Positions 58,870 to 64,000 of a DNA stretch of 64,000 nucleotides are shown piece after piece. The DNA comes from Octopus vulgaris. Its lineage: Eukaryota. Numbering within the stretch: the first letter of the stretch is position 1; each line of letters starts with the position of its first letter. The position numbers were made by a program, and so were the translations under genes. The notes below the pieces were generated by a model. The model did no database searches and had not been told where the DNA came from. It saw only the letters and a list, made by a program, of their open reading frames with translations. The stretch lies in NCBI GenBank assembly GCA_951406725.2, contig OX597830.1, positions 74,958,001 to 75,022,000 of the forward strand, given 5' to 3'.

Positions 58870-59272
58870 ATCATCATCATTAATCATTGTTCGACCGTGG
58901 TTGAGACAATGGAATTTACCATGCTACGCCAGACTTCACGGTCTATCATGGCATTACGGAGGTCCTGTTGCTTGATGCCTGTATCCCTGGAGATTACATC
59001 AGGGTAGGAGAGTGTGCGCCCTCTGGTATTGCGAGTAGATGGCTTCCAGCAAACTGGACTCTCTTACCTTTCACAAGAGATGACACAGGTGGTAGTTTCC
59101 CATATATTTGCATTTTGGTTGGATGGTACTTCCACGAGAGATTTTGAGCTCTTATAAGGAGGCGAGTGTAGGTTCCATCCAACCGCCTCTCAAGCTTCTT
59201 TGATAACGTCCAGGTTTCTGAGCCATATAGTAGAATTGGTTCGACTGTGGCTTTGAAGATTTCAAGTTTGCA
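58870..59272 (-). mobile_element. RTE-clade LINE 3' fragment
   Basis: KLEIFKATVEPILLYGSETWTLSKKLERRLDGTYTRLL...RVQFAG; short (ATG)n tail at ~58870. Confidence 0.9.
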
Positions 59273-59829
59273 CAACACCTTGGACAAGTGTCTTATGTAG
59301 GCCTGGACTGACTAATGTTTTGTGAAAGAAATTGTGTTCCTACGTGCACGCATGTATGTGTTTGAGTTTGTGTTTATACCTCGCACAGCTAGATTATCAG
59401 AGTTGCATAATTTATGTCCCTGTAAATTAAAAGTGCAGCTAAAAAGTGCACAATGGAATAAATACCAGATTGCATATATACACACGTAACATGGTCGAGT
59501 CGTCCGACTAAACACTTTAAGGCGTTGCCCCCAGTACGACCACAATCCGAAAATTTCAACAAGTAAAAGATAAATGGAGGAGAATGGTCGCTAACAGATC
59601 TACTGTACTTTCCAAGAGATGCCAAAGGCGTTGACGTCGTCCTACAACCTGATCATTAAGTTGGGAGCGCAAAGTAAGGCACCGCATGGAATATACTCTT
59701 GTATAATATACTTACATGTGTAAGTATATACGCACGCACATACATACTGGCTGTGTGGTAAGTAGCTTGCTTACCAACCACATTGCTTACCAAACACAAG
59801 CACACACACATAAATATATAGATATATAC

Positions 59830-59992
59830 ACGACAGGCTTCTTTCATTTTCCCACTACCAAATCCACTCGCAATGTCTTTATCAACCCGAGAATATAGTA
59901 GAAGACACTTTCCCAAGGTGCCACGTAGTGTGACTGAACCTGGAACCATGAGCTTGGCGATGCAAACTTATCACACGTCTGCTCCTGCGCCT
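59830..59992 (-). mobile_element. SINE family A, 5' half
   Basis: cgacaggcttctttca...agaagacactttcccaaggtgccacg...ctcctgcgcct; a short + strand head fragment lies at 59748-59782. Confidence 0.75.
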
Positions 59993-60021
59993 ATGTGTAC
60001 ATATAAAAAGTAAAATAAATC

Positions 60022-60265
60022 TGCCCTTTTAAATCCTAGCCAGTCTCATGGGCCCTGTTTCCTGGTTTCCATGGCGTATGTGTTCCCCAGCTGGACGGGA
60101 CACCAGTCCATCGCAGCGTTACTCATTTTTGCCAGCTGAGTGGACTGGAGCAACGTAAAATGAAGTGTTTTGCTCAAGAACACAACGCCTCGCACGGTCA
60201 GGAATCGAAACCACATTCTTACGATCATGATGCTGACATCCTAACCACTAAGCCAAACGCCTGCA
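60022..60265 (-). mobile_element. tRNA-headed SINE family D
   Basis: A box tggcttagtggtt, B-box-like gtttcgattcc; middle shared with family C, 3' part shared with 37385-37701. Confidence 0.8.
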
Positions 60266-60269
60266 TATG

Positions 60270-60309
<40 letters not shown>

Positions 60310-60362
60310 AATATATATATGCTGAAACGTATATGTACGTATTTGCGTGTGTATGTTTGTAT

Positions 60363-60579
60363 ACTCTTTTACTCTTTCTCTTTTATTTGTTTCAGTGATT
60401 TTGACTGCGGCCATGCTGGAGCACCGCCTTTAGTCGAGCAAATTGATCCCGGGACTTATTTTTTGTAAGCCCAGTGCTTATTCTATCGGTCTCTTTTGCC
60501 GAACCGCTAAGTGACGGGGACGTAAACACACCAGCATCGGTTGTCAAGCAATGCTAGGGGGACAAACACAGACACACAA

Positions 60580-60638
<59 letters not shown>

Positions 60639-60799
60639 TACGACAGGCTTCTTTCAGTTTCCGTCTACCAAATCCACTCACAAGGCGTTGGTCGGCCCGG
60701 GGCTATAGCAGAAGACACTTGCCCAAGATGCCACGCAGTGGGACTGAACCCGGAACCATGTGGTTGGTTAGCAAGCTACTTACCACAGAGCCACTCCTA
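60363..60799 (-). mobile_element. tRNA-derived SINE family A, full length, well preserved
   Basis: Reverse complement of 58152-58583 with few differences. Confidence 0.9.
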
Positions 60800-61215
60800 T
60801 GTATATAAGTGCATGTATGTGCGCCTGTATGTATGTGCCTGAATAAGTTATATGCACTCACACGCATATACATATATAACACATCATCTATTGCAAATTA
60901 ATTTTCAACACGGACTTAAAGGCTTCTATACGGATTCGTACAGTTCACATATCATATTTCGCACTTGGCTGTAATTCAATCTCTCCTGATTGCTTGAGCC
61001 TTGTCTCGTATGCTACACTGTAGACGGAGAACCTGATTACGTATATACATAAAAGAAAAAAATTGCGTTGCAGTTCATGGAGTAAAAAATTATTGGGGTT
61101 TGAAATTAGTATAATCTCCAGCGATTATTTCACTGGTCATGTCTAAAAATCTCTCAGTGCAGAAAGTGTTCTACGATTTTCATTGAGAAACAGGAGCAAT
61201 ATATATATATATGTA

Positions 61216-61267
<52 letters not shown>

Positions 61268-61269
61268 TA

Positions 61270-61300
<31 letters not shown>

Positions 61301-61441
61301 TTATATATATATATATATATATATGCATATACACATATATATATACATGCATACTTACGCATCCACACACACACACATATACAAACACATACACACACAC
61401 ACTCATATATGTATATGTGTATGTATGTGTATATATACATA

Positions 61442-61477
<36 letters not shown>

Positions 61478-61487
61478 GCATATACAA

Positions 61488-61546
<59 letters not shown>

Positions 61547-61686
61547 TATACATATATATATATATACATGCATACTTACGCATCCACACACACACACATA
61601 TACAAACACATACACACACACACATACACACACACACACTCATATATGTATATGTGTATGTATGTGTATATATACATATGTATATA

Positions 61687-61744
<58 letters not shown>

Positions 61745-63205
61745 CAAATACATATATATATACATATAGCATGGCCTTGATAGGGCAATAATTTGGAGTA
61801 TTTTCAATGCAGTACTCAACCCGATCTCTTGGCTGACCTCAAATTTGAATTTGAATCGAGTCTCAAGTATGTTTCAAAACCTGCTGTTGTGGAACAACCA
61901 TGTACATCGTCGGTAAATCCTACGTACGAAGAGTAAAATATAAACCAAATAAAAGGGCAGCGTGAGAGTTTAGCACATCTTTAATGACCAGTTACAATTG
62001 TTTCGGTATCACTCTGTTTACAATAGCATTGCATGCAAAAGTTCCATGTGGAACCTTACGCAATACTTGCGGTTTAATACTATAGATTGACACTTAATCA
62101 AACTTGCATTAAGAGACGTGCTGTTACTCTGTATATGTTCAAGAGAAATGTGCCCCAGCGAGCGATAAATGGAACATACGGAAAAGCACGAAAGAAACAC
62201 ACACAACGGATTAAGACATTGTCAAACCCTCATCAGCTGTCAAACAAATATCATCGTAATTTTGACTCCTGCAGTGGTATTTAATGCCTTAACTATATGA
62301 TTGCATACGTAAGTGCTGTGTCAATAACGTCAGTTATCCTACCGAATGAGATTGCTACTTAACTTATAACTTGAAACTATATGTAATGCCCAATTTCTGT
62401 CATGGAATGTTTCAATGCTGAAAAGTCTTCTAAATGTGAAAAGATAAATTAACCGTCATCGGTCATTATCATTTATTGTTTTACTCACCCGTCATTGATG
62501 GGGGTAGGAAAAATTTATCCGGAAAATAGACTCGAGCTCTTTGCTAAATGCATGCATAAATCTGGTGTTGGTTTTAAACTATTCAACAGAAGATTCTGCG
62601 ACACAAAAACACAGGACACAAAGATGCGAAATAAATAACGAATGCATTTCATCTTTCAGCTTTTAATTTTTTTAATTAAAATTTTTTTTTCCTCAATCGC
62701 AAAAGGATGTAATTGAAATTTTCATGCTGAGCCTACCTCACGGCGAGAAGTGCAAATGAGGGTAGCTATATCAAACTCCATTCTTCATCAAGTGCCACAT
62801 ATTAGAGGAGGCTCCTAGTAATAACAGTGTAGCGCAAATCGGCGGTGCATCAGCATGGCCGCAGCTCTGAGCTGAAACTTAAAAAAAAAAATTGAAGTCA
62901 TATCAGTGAGAGCCGAAATAAATAATGAACACAAATTTGGGAGGAAGGAAGTATTCGACTATATCAACGCCATTGCTCTAGTATAGTTTAGTTTATACAT
63001 CCTAAAAGGGTAAAAGGTAAGGTTGACCTCTGGAGAATTTGGACACAGAATATAAAGATCCAGAAGAAATGCTGAAAAGCCTTTTGTTCTACGCTCTAAT
63101 GAATCAATGAATTACCAGTAATAAGGAAAAAGAAAAAAAGTGATTGTAGTGTGACGGATGAAGAGGACAACAGAAAAGGAGAAAGGAAATATAATTAGGT
63201 CTTAC

Positions 63206-63360
63206 CTCGGCGAAGATTAGTCTACCAAACTCAGCGTCCAGTCGCTTCCTCGGATCAGCTCAACTCTGGCGTCGTTTATCGCCACACGTGCGTCCTCCGT
63301 CACCGCTTCCGCTTCCTGCCGCGCATGCGCCCTGCAAGCCCTACTTCCGCCCTCCCCCAT
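63206..63360 (-). promoter_or_regulatory. Candidate GC/CpG-rich promoter and non-coding first exon
   Basis: GCGCATGCGC (63321-63330), three CTTCC ETS-type cores, CCGCCC and CACGTG; minus-strand donor GAG|GTAAGA at 63206/63205. Confidence 0.4.
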
Positions 63361-64000
63361 ATGTCGTCCTCTCCATCGACACCACAGTGATTGAAGAAAT
63401 AAAACAACAGAATGATACCCAAGACGTTTTGCATAATGGTTTTGAAGGAAACATTCTAAAACATTTCTACTGTTAAAGGGCATCTAAGCAACATTGCATA
63501 CGCCAGCCTCAGTTGCTTGTATACCGACTTTCCTGCATTAGTATTATAGTATTATGCATCTATTTCAAGCTAATGATGTCTAATCAGTTCGAAACATGCT
63601 TCGAGCTGTCCCTGTATTTAGCAACGTTAAAAAACAAAACAACATATTTTCTTCTCATTTCATGTTTGCTTGCTATTTTACAAAACTGAAATAACTTCGT
63701 TGCCATTTATCTTCACAATTTAAGATTTAGATTTGTCACTCATGCTTAACATACCTAGATTTAAGCATTAGATTTAGTGTTTATCCCGCCTCAATGTTGG
63801 TGAAGACTCGGATTATGAAAGCTTCCTTACTCATTACAAAATGTTTGTTAGTGTTTATTTTACTAAGAATTCTAGAAGCACGATTACACCACAGTATAAC
63901 TTAATCATACATTTGTTTCTCCCCCCCCTTTTTATGTTGCCTTCTCCTTCATTCTCCTCATCCCCCTCTTCTCTTTGTCCTTCCATTTCTTATCAACTTT

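Noticed and set aside
63217-63483. 88-aa minus-strand ORF over the GC island
   Set aside because: No recognisable domain, and it stops before the splice donor; the openness is explained by local GC content.

Overview
Eukaryotic, very AT-rich genomic DNA saturated with microsatellites. The Lox5 sequence and the SINE/microsatellite landscape point to a coleoid cephalopod, most likely Octopus (inference). The only supportable host coding sequence is the terminal homeobox exon of the lophotrochozoan Hox gene Lox5 (+ strand, 40186-40502), with an Antp-class homeodomain and the KLTGP parapeptide. I found no YPWM-encoding first exon upstream, so the first 40 kb are probably intron. The rest is (TA)n, (CA)n, (TAGA)n and trinucleotide repeats, several tRNA-derived SINE families, RTE and R4/Dong-type LINE relics, hAT and Tc1/mariner MITEs, and an (AAT)n-associated retroposon. 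Almost all ORFs in the track are microsatellite artefacts. The most interesting unexplained signals are: (i) several type-I hammerhead-ribozyme-like motifs with palindromic stem III, typical of Penelope-like elements, some with unusually long stem II; (ii) a GC-rich promoter-like island with a strong minus-strand splice donor (about 63.2-63.4 kb) and a non-coding minus-strand exon candidate (14625-14964), which together suggest an antisense transcript across Lox5; (iii) long inverted repeats and oppositely oriented SINEs that could be ADAR substrates; (iv) SINEs with swapped modules. All alignments and folds were done by eye, and repeat boundaries are approximate unless TSDs or TIRs are given.
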